Below are positions 1 through 11,194 of a DNA stretch of 64,000 nucleotides, piece by piece (within the stretch, counting starts at the first letter, position 1; every line of letters starts with the position of its first letter). Origin of the DNA: Candidatus Heimdallarchaeota archaeon (GTDB lineage Archaea; Asgardarchaeota; Heimdallarchaeia; JABLTI01); contig JAHLVW010000103.1 of assembly GCA_019058275.1 (NCBI GenBank), positions 66,186 through 130,185 on the forward strand, given 5' to 3'. The notes under the pieces are model-generated. The model saw only the letters and a list, made by a program, of their open reading frames with translations. It was not told the origin of the DNA and ran no database searches. Position numbers and translations under genes: made by a program.

Positions 1-21
1 AGAAATGGCTTGCTTGTTTGA

Positions 22-531
22 CGATTAAATAAAATTCTTGCCATTATCCAAGATAGAATTCAAATTATACCTGGGGAAAATAGAGAGATACCATTTGTTT
101 GGAGTGTAATGAACATGTATTCGACAATGCAATTAGCAAAACTAATAGCTCTAAAGAGAGGATTAGATCCAGAATTAGCTGCTTTAACATGTGCGTTTCA
201 TGACATCTTTACACTACAAACAGGAAATCATACTGATCATGGAATTAAAGCTGAGAAAATTATAAGGGAAATTATTGAAGAATATAATAAAAAACATCAA
301 GAGAGTCTACCAGTAATAACTGAAAAGGAGATTTCTTTAATCATAAAAACCGTTGCAATACACAGTGATATAACAACAACAACAGAGAATCCCTATGAAG
401 AACTACTAAAAGATGTTGATAGTATAGATAGTTTTCTACACTGAATGATACCCGGAAGAACATCTGGTAGAATTCCAAGAGCAAATGGAATACTAGAAGC
501 GCTAAACATAAAATTCGAAGTTATAAAATAA
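22..531 (+). pseudogene. HD-domain phosphohydrolase, interrupted
   Basis: ORF 109-444 has AFHDI and LKDVD motifs; the frame stays open past an in-frame TGA (442-444) to TAA at 529-531. Confidence 0.6.
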
Positions 532-604
532 TAAATAAACTAACTTTACTATTTATATCATAAGTAACATATTCCTAATGAGAATAGGATAGGAGATTCA
601 TTTC

Positions 605-1930
605 TTGAAGAAGAAAAGAACACTATTTAGCTTTTTGGTATTGAGCTTACTTGCTCTGCCAGTCATCACAAACTTTGAACCTGAAACTGAATCTTACCCC
701 AGTGCATATCCAGGAGGTTTACATTCATTCTTGATTTGGGATGCACTAATGTTACTATATTATGATAGCATCAATGGCTCTTCCTATTATGATATTTGTA
801 GAGATGAGATTGTTGATTTTTCGACTAAATACTATGATGACATGTATCGAGCTCAAGATGATTATGATGCCAATCTACTATTACAATGGGGTCATTACTG
901 GGATCCATATGATAGAGAGGGTTTTTCAGGCAATGTTGGTGCTCCCCAGCATGCTCAAGATTATTTTGAAGAAGCAGTGAAATATTATCTTGGACAAGAT
1001 GGTTACACTGTGGATAAAAATGAAGCCTATTATAACTTAGGTTATGCCATCCATCTTATGCAAGACCTAACAGTTCCACATCATGCTCAAAATAATCCCT
1101 TAGGTAAACACACTGACTATGAAACATTTTGCTTCAGTCAATATGTTTATAGGAATTTTACCAAACCTCAAAACGGAATTTACACCCCTCCAAGAGATTG
1201 GAATGGACGAGTAAATGCAAAAGGGTGGGTGCATGAAGCAGCGAAAATTAGTGCTCGATATCACAGAACAATAGAAAATAATCACTATGATTTTGATACT
1301 TGGTTGGAAATTTCCCAAATATTAATGGAAAAAGCAATTCAATTTACTGCTGGATTCATCTTTCATTTTTGGCAATTAGTTCAAAATATTGATTTTGATA
1401 ATGATACACTTACAGCAGACGTTGAAAATCAATATAGTATAGATTATACAAATAACGACACTGATGGAGACAAAATTACCGATCCAGAAGAGATTGTTGT
1501 AGGAGCTGATGGTTACATAACAAATCCTCGTAAAGTAGACTCAGATGGAGATAGTTATGATGACTATTCAGAAATATATATTCATCATACTGATCCGACG
1601 GATCCTCTAGATAGTATCTTTTACAGCGTTCCTCACTTTTGTCCTTATTTTAGAGCTTTAAGTGATGGTATTTACCGTCTTACATTTAGTTGGAGTCAAC
1701 CCAATAATTTTCTAGATGGTTGGTACTTCAAAGTCTTTGTATTGAATGGAAATACTGAATCATATATTTACATGGGCTCTGTTCGAACCTTTGACTATAA
1801 TCCTCCTGATGCATCGACATTCTATTCTTACCGTTTATATTGTTATAAAACAGCAGATAACAGGGGAATATACTCTCAATGGTCTTGTGATATATTTTAT
1901 GGAAATGCAGAAGAGAGGGTTCCAGGTTAG
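605..1930 (+). CDS. Secreted zinc-dependent phospholipase C/P1-nuclease family protein with Ca-binding DxDxD repeats
   Basis: Signal peptide; HYWDP, LGYAIHLMQDLTVPHH, HTDYE; DTDGD and DSDGD repeats. Confidence 0.75.
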   Translation: MKKKRTLFSFLVLSLLALPVITNFEPETESYPSAYPGGLHSFLIWDALMLLYYDSINGSSYYDICRDEIVDFSTKYYDDMYRAQDDYDANLLLQWGHYWDPYDREGFSGNVGAPQHAQDYFEEAVKYYLGQDGYTVDKNEAYYNLGYAIHLMQDLTVPHHAQNNPLGKHTDYETFCFSQYVYRNFTKPQNGIYTPPRDWNGRVNAKGWVHEAAKISARYHRTIENNHYDFDTWLEISQILMEKAIQFTAGFIFHFWQLVQNIDFDNDTLTADVENQYSIDYTNNDTDGDKITDPEEIVVGADGYITNPRKVDSDGDSYDDYSEIYIHHTDPTDPLDSIFYSVPHFCPYFRALSDGIYRLTFSWSQPNNFLDGWYFKVFVLNGNTESYIYMGSVRTFDYNPPDASTFYSYRLYCYKTADNRGIYSQWSCDIFYGNAEERVPG

Positions 1931-2000
1931 AAGTAGCTTTATTCGAGTTATTTCTTGATTTAACATTTATTTTATAATTTAGAAGAGCTTAGAAAATCTT

Positions 2001-2759
2001 ATGACCAAAAAGGAAACTATCCAATTCTATCAAGAATTATCAACTAATGCTTGGCCACCAAAAAGTAGCATCCTATTGAGTGGTTGGATATTAAGAATAT
2101 CTGAAGGGATTACAAAAAGGGCTAATAGTGTTCTTCCTTTATCCTATTTTGGTGAAAATCTCTTAGTAGATATTGAGCAGGTTGAGAAGCTCTTTCAAGA
2201 GACTGACTTACCAATTATCTTTCAGCTCTCTGATTATTTTGAACCAAAGAACTTACTGGAACAGCTTCTCGAGTTAAACTATGAAATAATTGATGAATCA
2301 TTACTGATGATAGCTGAGATTGAGAAGATTAATGAAATTTCGTTAAATAAATCGTTTCTATATAGTCATATTATAGAGGAATCTACATCATGGTTTGATG
2401 CTTATAGTATGTTAACCAAATGTTCACCTGAACGAATGATAGGTAATAAAGCAATAATTGATAGAATTAAGTTTCCAAAAGGGTTTTTCTTTGCAAAACA
2501 CAATGATCAAATTGTAGGTATAGCATTAGCTGTAATCGAACGTGAGAATATTGGATCATATGATATGATAGTTCATTCTGATTATCGACGACAAGAGATT
2601 GCGCAATCACTAATCAAGAAAATTTTTGATTGGGGGAAGGAACTGTATGTAAAAGGAGCTTACCTACAAGTACAAGGTGATAATTCCGGAGCAATTTCCC
2701 TTTATAAAAAAGTTGGCTACAAAGAATGCTATCGCTACCGTTATCTCATTAAAAGATAG
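2001..2759 (+). CDS. GNAT family N-acetyltransferase
   Basis: KRANS N-terminus; VHSDYRRQEIA, YLQV..DN..AI.LY.KVGY. Confidence 0.85.
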   Translation: MTKKETIQFYQELSTNAWPPKSSILLSGWILRISEGITKRANSVLPLSYFGENLLVDIEQVEKLFQETDLPIIFQLSDYFEPKNLLEQLLELNYEIIDESLLMIAEIEKINEISLNKSFLYSHIIEESTSWFDAYSMLTKCSPERMIGNKAIIDRIKFPKGFFFAKHNDQIVGIALAVIERENIGSYDMIVHSDYRRQEIAQSLIKKIFDWGKELYVKGAYLQVQGDNSGAISLYKKVGYKECYRYRYLIKR

Positions 2760-2838
2760 GAAAAGATTATGTATCTACATCTATTTTGATATTATAGGAA
2801 TATAATAACTAAAAAAACTAATTCAAAGTGCTTTCCAA

Positions 2839-3198
2839 ATGAATGATGTTAAGGATTATTATGTTCAATTAGGTGTGGCACACCGAATTCCTATAGCATT
2901 CGAAAGATTCTGTGACAAGACTTATTCTCTTGAAAAATTGTTTCCAGAAGGAATTGATGACTCATCTGAGGATTACAAAATAAAAGTAGTTTTTAATGTT
3001 CTAAACGAACAGAAAGAAAAAGTTGCTACTTTTCAACCTGATGGGAAATATGAATATTTTAGTGATTCCTTTAAGCCAATTTTCGATAAAATTGTAGAAG
3101 AACTTGGATATGCAGCTTATCGTGCTCTAAAAGCTCAAGAAGAACTTGATAAGAAAATCTTAGAAAGATTTGATGATGATTTATATCTTGATGGTTGA
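2839..3198 (+). CDS. Hypothetical protein
   Basis: 119 aa ORF between co-oriented genes. Confidence 0.6.
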   Translation: MNDVKDYYVQLGVAHRIPIAFERFCDKTYSLEKLFPEGIDDSSEDYKIKVVFNVLNEQKEKVATFQPDGKYEYFSDSFKPIFDKIVEELGYAAYRALKAQEELDKKILERFDDDLYLDG

Positions 3199-3330
3199 CA
3201 AATTTTTTTTAATATCTTATCTAAACACTAAGACCACGAATTATGTTTTTATATGTGGTTATCCAATAATTGGTTAATTGCTATCTATGAGTCATTCAAA
3301 GACTCTGTATCTATAACAACTATAACAGTG

Positions 3331-4203
3331 ATGAAAATGAGTAAGGTAACTATTTTAATAGATGGGGGTAGTGGTCTCACAAACGAGATCATTAAGAAAT
3401 ATAATATCACTATCATTCCCTATAGAATTATTTTTGGTGATGATATCTACTATACCTTTGGGAATGATAATACGACAATTACTAGAGATGCATTTTATAA
3501 AAGATTAGCTAATTGTAGCAAAGATGATTTGCCACATACTTCTGTTCCTTCACCAGGACACTTTCATAAAGGTTATACAAAAGCATTAGAAAAATCTGAT
3601 TCTGTGTTAGCTATTTTACTTTCAAAAGAACAGTCTGGAACAGTAGAAAGTGCTCAAAGAGTAAAGGATAACCAGTTTCCTGACAAGGACATAACTATTT
3701 TCGATTCAAATCAAATCATGTCTGGAATTGGCGTTCAAGCTTTGCATGCAGCAAAATTAGATCATGAAGGAAAAAGCAAAGAGGAAATAATCTCTAGTTT
3801 GAAAGAGTTGAGACCAAAAGTTCGAACTATTTTTGTATTTCAGAATCTACAATACTTGTACTTACAAGGAAGAATTGGTCATGCAAAGAAGCTTATGGCT
3901 ACAGCATTAAACATGAATCCTGTTTTACATGTTAATAATGGAGTGATTGATCCTTTAGGTGTGTTGACTAAGGGCAAGCTTTTAAATCAATTGAAAAAAT
4001 ATGCTGTTAAAGCTGTAGCAAATACTGAAACAGAAGACCTGTTTTTCTGGCATACAAGAAATGATGAGATTGCTCATGAAATCTATGAAGCAATGAAGAA
4101 TGCAAACACAAAGGGAATAAATATCCACTTTCAAGAAGCAAGCCCATTACCTGCTGTGTATGGAGGTCCAAATGCATTATCGATTTCTTACATTGGAGAT
4201 TAG
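3331..4203 (+). CDS. DegV family fatty-acid-binding protein
   Basis: PHTSVPSPG, LS..QSGT, FDS, L.YL..QGRIG; start moved to the MKMS ATG. Confidence 0.9.
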   Translation: MKMSKVTILIDGGSGLTNEIIKKYNITIIPYRIIFGDDIYYTFGNDNTTITRDAFYKRLANCSKDDLPHTSVPSPGHFHKGYTKALEKSDSVLAILLSKEQSGTVESAQRVKDNQFPDKDITIFDSNQIMSGIGVQALHAAKLDHEGKSKEEIISSLKELRPKVRTIFVFQNLQYLYLQGRIGHAKKLMATALNMNPVLHVNNGVIDPLGVLTKGKLLNQLKKYAVKAVANTETEDLFFWHTRNDEIAHEIYEAMKNANTKGINIHFQEASPLPAVYGGPNALSISYIGD

Positions 4204-4396
4204 GATAAAAGCTGGCTAATGAATTCATAATTGAAATGGAATTCCTTCAACTAGGAATTCCAGCTAATATTTTTTCACTAAAAAGCTCAAAAAACGCTTC
4301 TCTGCATAAAGAGAAAGTATTATCAATTGTAAAATCAGAGGGAGTATTCGAATAGCTATAAAGGGGTTATATTATAATTCCTTTTTAGTTCTTTAA

Positions 4397-5221
4397 TTGA
4401 AGATGGTTTATATGTCAGAATCAAATAGCAATGATCTTACTATTCATGAAATCACAATTACAAAAGACATTACATTATCCTATTACTTTTCCAAAGGAAC
4501 AACTGATTTCACCATAGTATTGATACATGGTTTAGGTGCAACTAAAGAAGATTTCTTATCAATTTTTAATTATGAGGAGTTAAGTACTTATAATATTCTC
4601 TTTGCTGATCTTGTTGGTTATGGTAATTCAACCAAACCATCAGATTTTTCCTATAAGATGGATGATCAAGCTGAAATACTATACGAGTTATTGAAGAAAC
4701 TCAAGATTGAGGGAGAAATAGTCATCCTTGCTCATTCGATGGGTGGACCAATCAGCATTGAATTAGCTAATCTTTTAGGGGATCGAGTTGCTGGAATGAT
4801 TTATGCTGAAGGTAACCTTGATGAAGGAGATTGCTTCTTTTCAAAACAAATCGTTACTCGTTATACATTAGATGAATGGATCAGTAATGGATTTAATGAG
4901 ATTTTAACTAAGCTTCAGGAAGATCCTGCATCCACAAGTTATGCGGAATCTTTTGCTAAAGCTGAAGTACATGCTATCTACAAATCTTCTGAAGATCTAT
5001 ATCAAATATCGATTGCTAATTTACTCGAGAAGAAATTAAAGCAATTGTCAGTACCTGTATTAGCAATTTTTGGTGAGAAAAATAAAGGACGATTTTCATC
5101 AGAAAGTAAGTTAGCTGCCGAATTTCCTGTATGTTATATATCTGAAGCAGAACATGCTATGATGTATGATAATCCAGATGACTTTTATCAAGCAATCATT
5201 GATTTTTTAAAACAATTCTGA
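4397..5221 (+). CDS. Alpha/beta hydrolase
   Basis: IHGLG, DLVGYGNS, HSMGG nucleophile elbow, AEH. Confidence 0.9.
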   Translation: MKMVYMSESNSNDLTIHEITITKDITLSYYFSKGTTDFTIVLIHGLGATKEDFLSIFNYEELSTYNILFADLVGYGNSTKPSDFSYKMDDQAEILYELLKKLKIEGEIVILAHSMGGPISIELANLLGDRVAGMIYAEGNLDEGDCFFSKQIVTRYTLDEWISNGFNEILTKLQEDPASTSYAESFAKAEVHAIYKSSEDLYQISIANLLEKKLKQLSVPVLAIFGEKNKGRFSSESKLAAEFPVCYISEAEHAMMYDNPDDFYQAIIDFLKQF

Positions 5222-5491
5222 AAAATAACCATATAATCTAGTAAATCCCTCCGCAAGTATTGGTGATTTCTGAAGGTCTGACCCATCGACAAAATCAGTG
5301 TGATGAGAACTTTAAAAATGAAACGTAGAACTGTAAGAATTGCAATTTCACAATTCTAATTCAAGGGATTGAATTTGCAAATCTTAAATATGGTACTTGT
5401 ACCATAAGTTAATTGGGTTGAAATTAGAGATAACCAGCTCCGAGGTTAAAAAATTCACTCAACTTAAGACAGAGGGCAAAGTTGAATTAAA

Positions 5492-5875
5492 ATGGCTACA
5501 AAAGAAGCTAAAAAATTAAAAATAATGATAGTCGAAGATGATCCACTAATTAGACAACTCTATGAAGAAATTCTTAACCAGAAGGGTTATCGAGTAATTT
5601 GTGTTGCATCAGATGGAGAAAAAGCAATCGAATTATATCATGAACTACCAGAAAAACCTGATCTAATTATTCTTGATTTTCGTATGCCAAAGAAAAATGG
5701 TGCTGAGGTTTCGCAAGAGATTCTTGCATATAACTCAACGACTAATATTTTAATGATAAGTGGTGATCCACTTTTTGACAGAAAAGCTGTTATTAGTCGA
5801 GGAGTTAATGTCATGCAAAAACCAGTGAACATAACTCAATTACTAAATGAAATAAGTGCTATTGGTGGTTATTAG
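5492..5875 (+). CDS. Stand-alone response regulator receiver protein
   Basis: VEDD, PDLIILDFRMP, ISG, KP. Confidence 0.92.
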   Translation: MATKEAKKLKIMIVEDDPLIRQLYEEILNQKGYRVICVASDGEKAIELYHELPEKPDLIILDFRMPKKNGAEVSQEILAYNSTTNILMISGDPLFDRKAVISRGVNVMQKPVNITQLLNEISAIGGY

Positions 5876-5940
5876 GGAATTTAACTTGTGGATTGTTTTA
5901 TTGGTGCAAAAGATAATAGGGATAAAAGAAGGCTAGTAGG

Positions 5941-6432
5941 TTATGAACTAGCTTTATCAATAATATTCTTAGTCCATGTTTTAGCTTTCTGAACATATGA
6001 CTCAGTGTCATTTTTTAAGGGTTCAATGAATTTCACATCACCAAGAATCTCATTACCTTCGAGGTGTTTTTTCATTTCTTCAATAATTGAATCACAACTG
6101 CCAGCACAACAACAGAATAATCCTATCTTTTTATTTTTGATTTTGGCTGATTTTAAGAATGCTCGTGTTGCAGGATTTAAATTCCAAGCCCATACAGGAG
6201 TTCCAATAAAAATCAAATCGTAATCATCTATGCTGATATCACTTTGTTTTAATTTCGGAACTCTTTTGGTCATCGATTCAAATCCTCCCCTAAAATATAA
6301 CATAAAACCTTTTGACTTGATGTCTTTCTCTCTCTGGATTTCAAAAATATCTGCTTTAGCTTCATCTGCTATTTTTTCAGCCATATATTTAGTATTACCT
6401 GTTTTTGAATAATAAATCACAAGTGTTTTCAT
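5941..6432 (-). CDS. Flavodoxin family protein
   Basis: MKTLVIYYSKTGNT, IFIGTPVW. Confidence 0.9.
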   Translation of the reverse strand: MKTLVIYYSKTGNTKYMAEKIADEAKADIFEIQREKDIKSKGFMLYFRGGFESMTKRVPKLKQSDISIDDYDLIFIGTPVWAWNLNPATRAFLKSAKIKNKKIGLFCCCAGSCDSIIEEMKKHLEGNEILGDVKFIEPLKNDTESYVQKAKTWTKNIIDKASS

Positions 6433-6558
6433 TTTTGACTGCCACTTTTGTTTTAAACCTATTTGGAAAATCATAGAATATAAATTATAACTTCGGAAAT
6501 TTTTATTATTGAATTTACTATTCTTTTCTAACTAATATAGAAAATTGGAGAATATATA

Positions 6559-6870
6559 GTGCATGGTATAGATAGTGTTTTCTTGGAATTACCCTGGACG
6601 AATCATGCATTTGACATTGTGAAAAATGGACTTGGAAGACAATTGATATTCCAATATATGAGTCAATTCCTTGTCTGGGCTTTAACTAAAAGAACAATAG
6701 ATGAAATAGAACAGCTGGTTGAAGAACAAAATCTGAAAGATGTTTTCTCAAAAGAGAAACTGCGACTTCTAACAGAGATTAAGAAAGGTAAATCAAATGA
6801 GGATTTAAAACAAATTTTTATTAACATAGCAGAACTTTCAACAAAATATCAATCTGGAAAGAAATTATGA
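6559..6870 (+). pseudogene. C-terminal remnant of a hydrolase paralogous to 6955-8424
   Basis: LELPWTNHAFD...QYMSQFLVW matches LDLPWANHGFD...KYLSQFLVW; catalytic core absent. Confidence 0.7.
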
Positions 6871-6954
6871 AATCTACTCATCAATAGAATTAGTGTTAAA
6901 GTTAATATTTACAAAATTGCAAAGTATAGAAGAGAGCAAGTAGGGATAAAATCA

Positions 6955-8424
6955 ATGGATATGTTGGCATTAAGTTTCCTAATAGTAGCTTCTGTTTTTT
7001 TCCTCGTCTTTGTACTCATTTCTGCTACTTTTATTGGACTTTGGTTGTCAGAGATTGGCTTATGGGTTTCTTGGATACCAATCTTTCTAGTAATTGCTTC
7101 AGTATATTTCCTAATTAGAGATTATCTAGTTCCATTTGATATTCTAAGTGTTGTTTTCATAGGAATTAGTATAGGATTAAACATCTTCACGACACTGAGA
7201 TTATTTGTTCCTTTTGTTGAGGTTTATGCCACAAATAACTATCTAAAAAAAGCAATGGAAAACAGTCTAGGAAAAGATTACTTAGAATACGTTGATCCAT
7301 TTATTAGCTCACGTTTCTCAAAAAATGTTAGATTCCGGTTATCTCACTATTTTATTGGTGTAAGAACTAAAGCATTGGAAAAAAGGGTTGGAACAATAAA
7401 GGACGTTGTTTATAAAAAAGAAGACAACCAACAATTGAAGTTAAACATCCATTATCCAAAACGTAATGGCAAGTTTTCAACATTAATTTTCATACATGGG
7501 GGTGGATTTGTCATTGGTTCTAAGGATAATCCTAAAAGTGATAGGATTTGCAAATTATTAGCTAATTATGGTTACGTTGTTTTTAATGTCGATTATCGCT
7601 TAGCACCATTAAGCTTTATCAAGAAAGAAACCTCCCTAATTGAGGATCTGATAATTTGCGATATGGTTTCAGATATTAGAGCTTCAATAGTTTTCGCAAG
7701 TAAAAATACAGAAACTTATAATGGTATTCCAGAAGAATTGTTCTTGTTTGGCAGATCAGCTGGGGGACATCTTGCTCTCATAACAGCATTTAGTTGCTTA
7801 GGGAAATTCTTCGAATTGAAGGATTCTGATGGGTCAATTAAGGAGCATGAAATTCTTGGAGTAGTTGCTTTTTATCCTATAACTAATTTCACTAAACTTT
7901 ATGACTACTATGGTAAACAAAATCTATTGAAGTATCTGTTGTATAAGGGAGCAGGTGGAACGCCAGAAGAATTTCAGTATCTATATCAAGTATTTTCACC
8001 AATCTCCTATTTATCTGAGATAAATTGTAAAGAAATACCTCCCGTTTTTCTAGCAACTGGTGAGAAGGATAAATTGGTTGCACCTGAACAATCAAAGTTA
8101 CTATATTCCAAATTACAAACATTGGGAGTTGAGAGCGTTATGCTAGATTTACCATGGGCTAATCATGGTTTTGATACTGTGCTAAATGGTCCCGGAGGAC
8201 AATTGGCTCTAAAGTACCTTTCTCAATTCTTGGTTTGGGTTCTCACAAAATACAAACTAAGAAAGATAGAAGAACTAGCAAAGAAGAGAGGATTAGGGAA
8301 TATAGTATCAAAAGAAAAATATCGAATGTTGCATAAGCTAAAGAAACAAAATTTTGATAAAGAACAAGATATGAATCAGTTTCTACCATTTATCGAGTAC
8401 TTTTATGAAGAAACTGATGAATAG
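6955..8424 (+). CDS. Membrane-anchored alpha/beta hydrolase (HSL/esterase type)
   Basis: N-terminal TM helices; HGGG, DYRLAP, GRSAGG, D.LV, HGF. Confidence 0.88.
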   Translation: MDMLALSFLIVASVFFLVFVLISATFIGLWLSEIGLWVSWIPIFLVIASVYFLIRDYLVPFDILSVVFIGISIGLNIFTTLRLFVPFVEVYATNNYLKKAMENSLGKDYLEYVDPFISSRFSKNVRFRLSHYFIGVRTKALEKRVGTIKDVVYKKEDNQQLKLNIHYPKRNGKFSTLIFIHGGGFVIGSKDNPKSDRICKLLANYGYVVFNVDYRLAPLSFIKKETSLIEDLIICDMVSDIRASIVFASKNTETYNGIPEELFLFGRSAGGHLALITAFSCLGKFFELKDSDGSIKEHEILGVVAFYPITNFTKLYDYYGKQNLLKYLLYKGAGGTPEEFQYLYQVFSPISYLSEINCKEIPPVFLATGEKDKLVAPEQSKLLYSKLQTLGVESVMLDLPWANHGFDTVLNGPGGQLALKYLSQFLVWVLTKYKLRKIEELAKKRGLGNIVSKEKYRMLHKLKKQNFDKEQDMNQFLPFIEYFYEETDE

Positions 8425-8447
8425 TAAATCATCGGTGGGAAAATCAT

Positions 8448-9017
8448 ATGGTAAAAAGATGCGAATGGAGCGGAACAGATAAACTATATTGCGATTACCA
8501 TGACAAAGAGTGGGGTGTTCCAGTTTATGATGATCAAGTGCTATTTGAATACCTAATTTTGGAGGGTGCGCAAGCAGGATTAAGCTGGAGAACTATACTC
8601 AAGAAACGTGAAAATTACCGAGAAGCATTTGACAATTTTGACTATCAGAAAGTAGCAAAATACCACGAAAAGAAAGTTGAGGAATTATTACAGAACAGTG
8701 GTATAGTGAGAAATAGATTGAAAGTTAATTCAGCTATCAAAAATGCAAAAGCACTGTTACAAATAAGAGAAGAATTCGGTACCTTTGACAAATACATCTG
8801 GAATTATGTTGCTAATAAACCAATACAAAATGCTTGGAAATCTCTTAGAGAGATTCCTGCTAAGACCGATTTATCTGAGCAAATTAGTAAAGACTTGAAA
8901 AAAAGAGGTTTTAATTTTATAGGACCAACCATCATTTATGCTTTTATGCAAGCAGTTGGTATGGTTAATGATCATACAATAGATTGTTTTCGTTATAAAG
9001 AATTGAAAGAACTATAA
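8448..9017 (+). CDS. tag: DNA-3-methyladenine glycosylase I
   Basis: RC.W, YHD.EWG.P, LEGAQAGLSW, MQAVGMVNDH..DC. Confidence 0.96.
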   Translation: MVKRCEWSGTDKLYCDYHDKEWGVPVYDDQVLFEYLILEGAQAGLSWRTILKKRENYREAFDNFDYQKVAKYHEKKVEELLQNSGIVRNRLKVNSAIKNAKALLQIREEFGTFDKYIWNYVANKPIQNAWKSLREIPAKTDLSEQISKDLKKRGFNFIGPTIIYAFMQAVGMVNDHTIDCFRYKELKEL

Positions 9018-9079
9018 CAAGCTAAAAATCATCAGAAGAGCTATTTCTTTATAATCAATTTACTTATGGGTGAAAGAAA

Positions 9080-9577
9080 ATGGACTTGACAAATTATGCT
9101 AATTATCATGAATGGGCTGGAGATAAAATCAGAGCTATTCTAAAAACATTAACAGAAGAAGAGTTCACTAGAGATCTTGGAGATTTCTTTAGCTATAACA
9201 CAATAAGGGATATTTGTCAGCACATGTTGTTAGCTCTGGAATTTGGTACATCATTGGCAAGTAATATCGAACCAGATGTTTTCAACGCAGAAGTAGAAAA
9301 AATAGTAAAGATGACAGATGAGGAACTAATAGATAGATGGAAAAAAACTGATCATAAATATGCTCAAATGCTCCAAGGAGATATTTCAGGACAGGTAGTT
9401 GTTCCACCATTCTTAGGACATGAATTTACTCTTGAAAAGTATGATTTCCTTCTGCAATATATCACCCATACAACCTTTCATAGAGGACAAATCATAATTG
9501 CTCTGAAAAAACTTGGAAAAGAAGTAAAAGGAACTAACTATTTACATTATCTGTATGAAATTAGATCCCAAAAATGA
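9080..9577 (+). CDS. DinB family protein
   Basis: YH.WA, H...FHRGQI. Confidence 0.85.
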   Translation: MDLTNYANYHEWAGDKIRAILKTLTEEEFTRDLGDFFSYNTIRDICQHMLLALEFGTSLASNIEPDVFNAEVEKIVKMTDEELIDRWKKTDHKYAQMLQGDISGQVVVPPFLGHEFTLEKYDFLLQYITHTTFHRGQIIIALKKLGKEVKGTNYLHYLYEIRSQK

Positions 9578-9657
9578 AAGAAATTTGTCTTTTTTTCTGC
9601 AATAATTTTATTATCTTACAAGTTAAAGATATATGAAATCAAACAATAATCAGCATT

Positions 9658-10566
9658 TTGGGAGAAGCTTTTTTGCAAAAAGTAGCAATTGTAACTGATG
9701 GAAGTTGTGACTTACCAAAAGAGCTGATTGAAAAATATAACATCTTTGTTGTTCCTTTTCAAGTAATTCTTGACAAAAAAGTTTACAAGATGTATGGCGA
9801 TTATGGAACTATTTCCAAGGATGAGTTCTACAATCGTCTCGAGAAAAACAAAGATTTACCTACAACTTCATTACCACCGCCAAAATTCTTCGTGGATACT
9901 TATCGAGCTGCAGCAGATTTATCAAAAACAATTGTAGGTATTATTCTCTCAGGAGAATTATCTGCTACCTTGCATACAGCTAGAATGGCATTACCATATG
10001 TTGAAGATCTTGATGTTACTTTAATTGATTCAAAAGTTGCAGCTTCTACATTAGGTACATTAGTTATAGAAGCAGCTAAAATGGCTAAAGATGGTAAAAG
10101 CAAAGAAGAGATAATTAAAAGAATAGAAGCATTAATCCCCAAAGCAAGGTTAGCTGGGATAATGGACAACGTAGAAGCAACCTATAGAAGTGGTAGAATC
10201 TCTTGGGGTAAGAAATTCTTAGCTCAAACATTTCAAATCAAACCAGTTGTTGGTTTTGAAAACGGATTAATAATTTCTTACGGTTCAGTAAGGGGAGGTC
10301 GAAATGAAGTCATGAAAAGGATGATGCACATGGCTACATTGGTACCAAAATATGCTGAAACTGATACTATTTTCATTTGGCATGTCAGATGTCCAGAAGA
10401 TGCTCAAGCACTAATGGAAATTATGGAAGACTATAATCCAACGAAAAAGGATATAATAATCCAAGAAGCAGGTCCTGTTATTGGAACACATGTTGGTCTA
10501 TATGCACTAGCCTATATGTACATAGGGCATTTCGATAAAGATTGGTTAATAAAAATGAAAGAATAA
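9658..10566 (+). CDS. DegV family protein
   Basis: IVTDGSCDLP, PTTS, LS..LS.T, IDS, GPVIGTHVG. Confidence 0.92.
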   Translation: MGEAFLQKVAIVTDGSCDLPKELIEKYNIFVVPFQVILDKKVYKMYGDYGTISKDEFYNRLEKNKDLPTTSLPPPKFFVDTYRAAADLSKTIVGIILSGELSATLHTARMALPYVEDLDVTLIDSKVAASTLGTLVIEAAKMAKDGKSKEEIIKRIEALIPKARLAGIMDNVEATYRSGRISWGKKFLAQTFQIKPVVGFENGLIISYGSVRGGRNEVMKRMMHMATLVPKYAETDTIFIWHVRCPEDAQALMEIMEDYNPTKKDIIIQEAGPVIGTHVGLYALAYMYIGHFDKDWLIKMKE

Positions 10567-10579
10567 AAAAAAAGAGAAA

Positions 10580-11071
10580 TTAGATTCTAGTTCTTTTCCA
10601 GGTACCAAGTAAATATTTCAATTGACCAAGATGTTCAGTTTCATGACTAAAATTCAACAGATACTTATCAAAAGCGATTTCTAAATCCACTTCGTTAGTA
10701 GAATCACTACCATTAATAGTGTCATCAAGGAATTTAATAGATACGTTCTGAGTTTCATTCAGTAATTTAATAGCCTCTTCCACATTCATAAGCTCTTTTT
10801 TCTTAAACACATAACCATCCACTGCTGGTTTATATTTTTCAATGTCTTCTTGTGTTATAAATCGCTTAAATTTGTACCCTTTGATTTTATCCGTAACCAT
10901 AACCTTCTCGAAAGCAACAATGTGTGGAACTATCCATGCAACAGAATTTGATTTATCAGTTGGTTGGTAGTAATAACTATCGTCATTAAATTTCCCAAGA
11001 TAATTTATTACAGAACTTCTCAACCTGAGATAATTTGCTTTTATTAATTCAAAATCTTTCAAAGATATCAT
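10580..11071 (-). CDS. DinB-like protein
   Basis: NSVAWIVPHI, HETEHLGQ. Confidence 0.75.
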   Translation of the reverse strand: MISLKDFELIKANYLRLRSSVINYLGKFNDDSYYYQPTDKSNSVAWIVPHIVAFEKVMVTDKIKGYKFKRFITQEDIEKYKPAVDGYVFKKKELMNVEEAIKLLNETQNVSIKFLDDTINGSDSTNEVDLEIAFDKYLLNFSHETEHLGQLKYLLGTWKRTRI

Positions 11072-11194
11072 TTCCCTTGGTTTGGTTGTACTAAAAGAGA
11101 ATTATATCCTTATTAAGGTTTAATTGGATAAGTTAATTTGTCTTAAAGAATTTAAGTAAAATAGTTCATAAAAAAATATGATTGCGGTTAGTTT

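Noticed and set aside
4207-4270. Inverted repeat GGAATTCC-N8-GGAATTCC as a mobile-element end
   Set aside because: Single occurrence just after a stop codon; more likely a transcript-end hairpin
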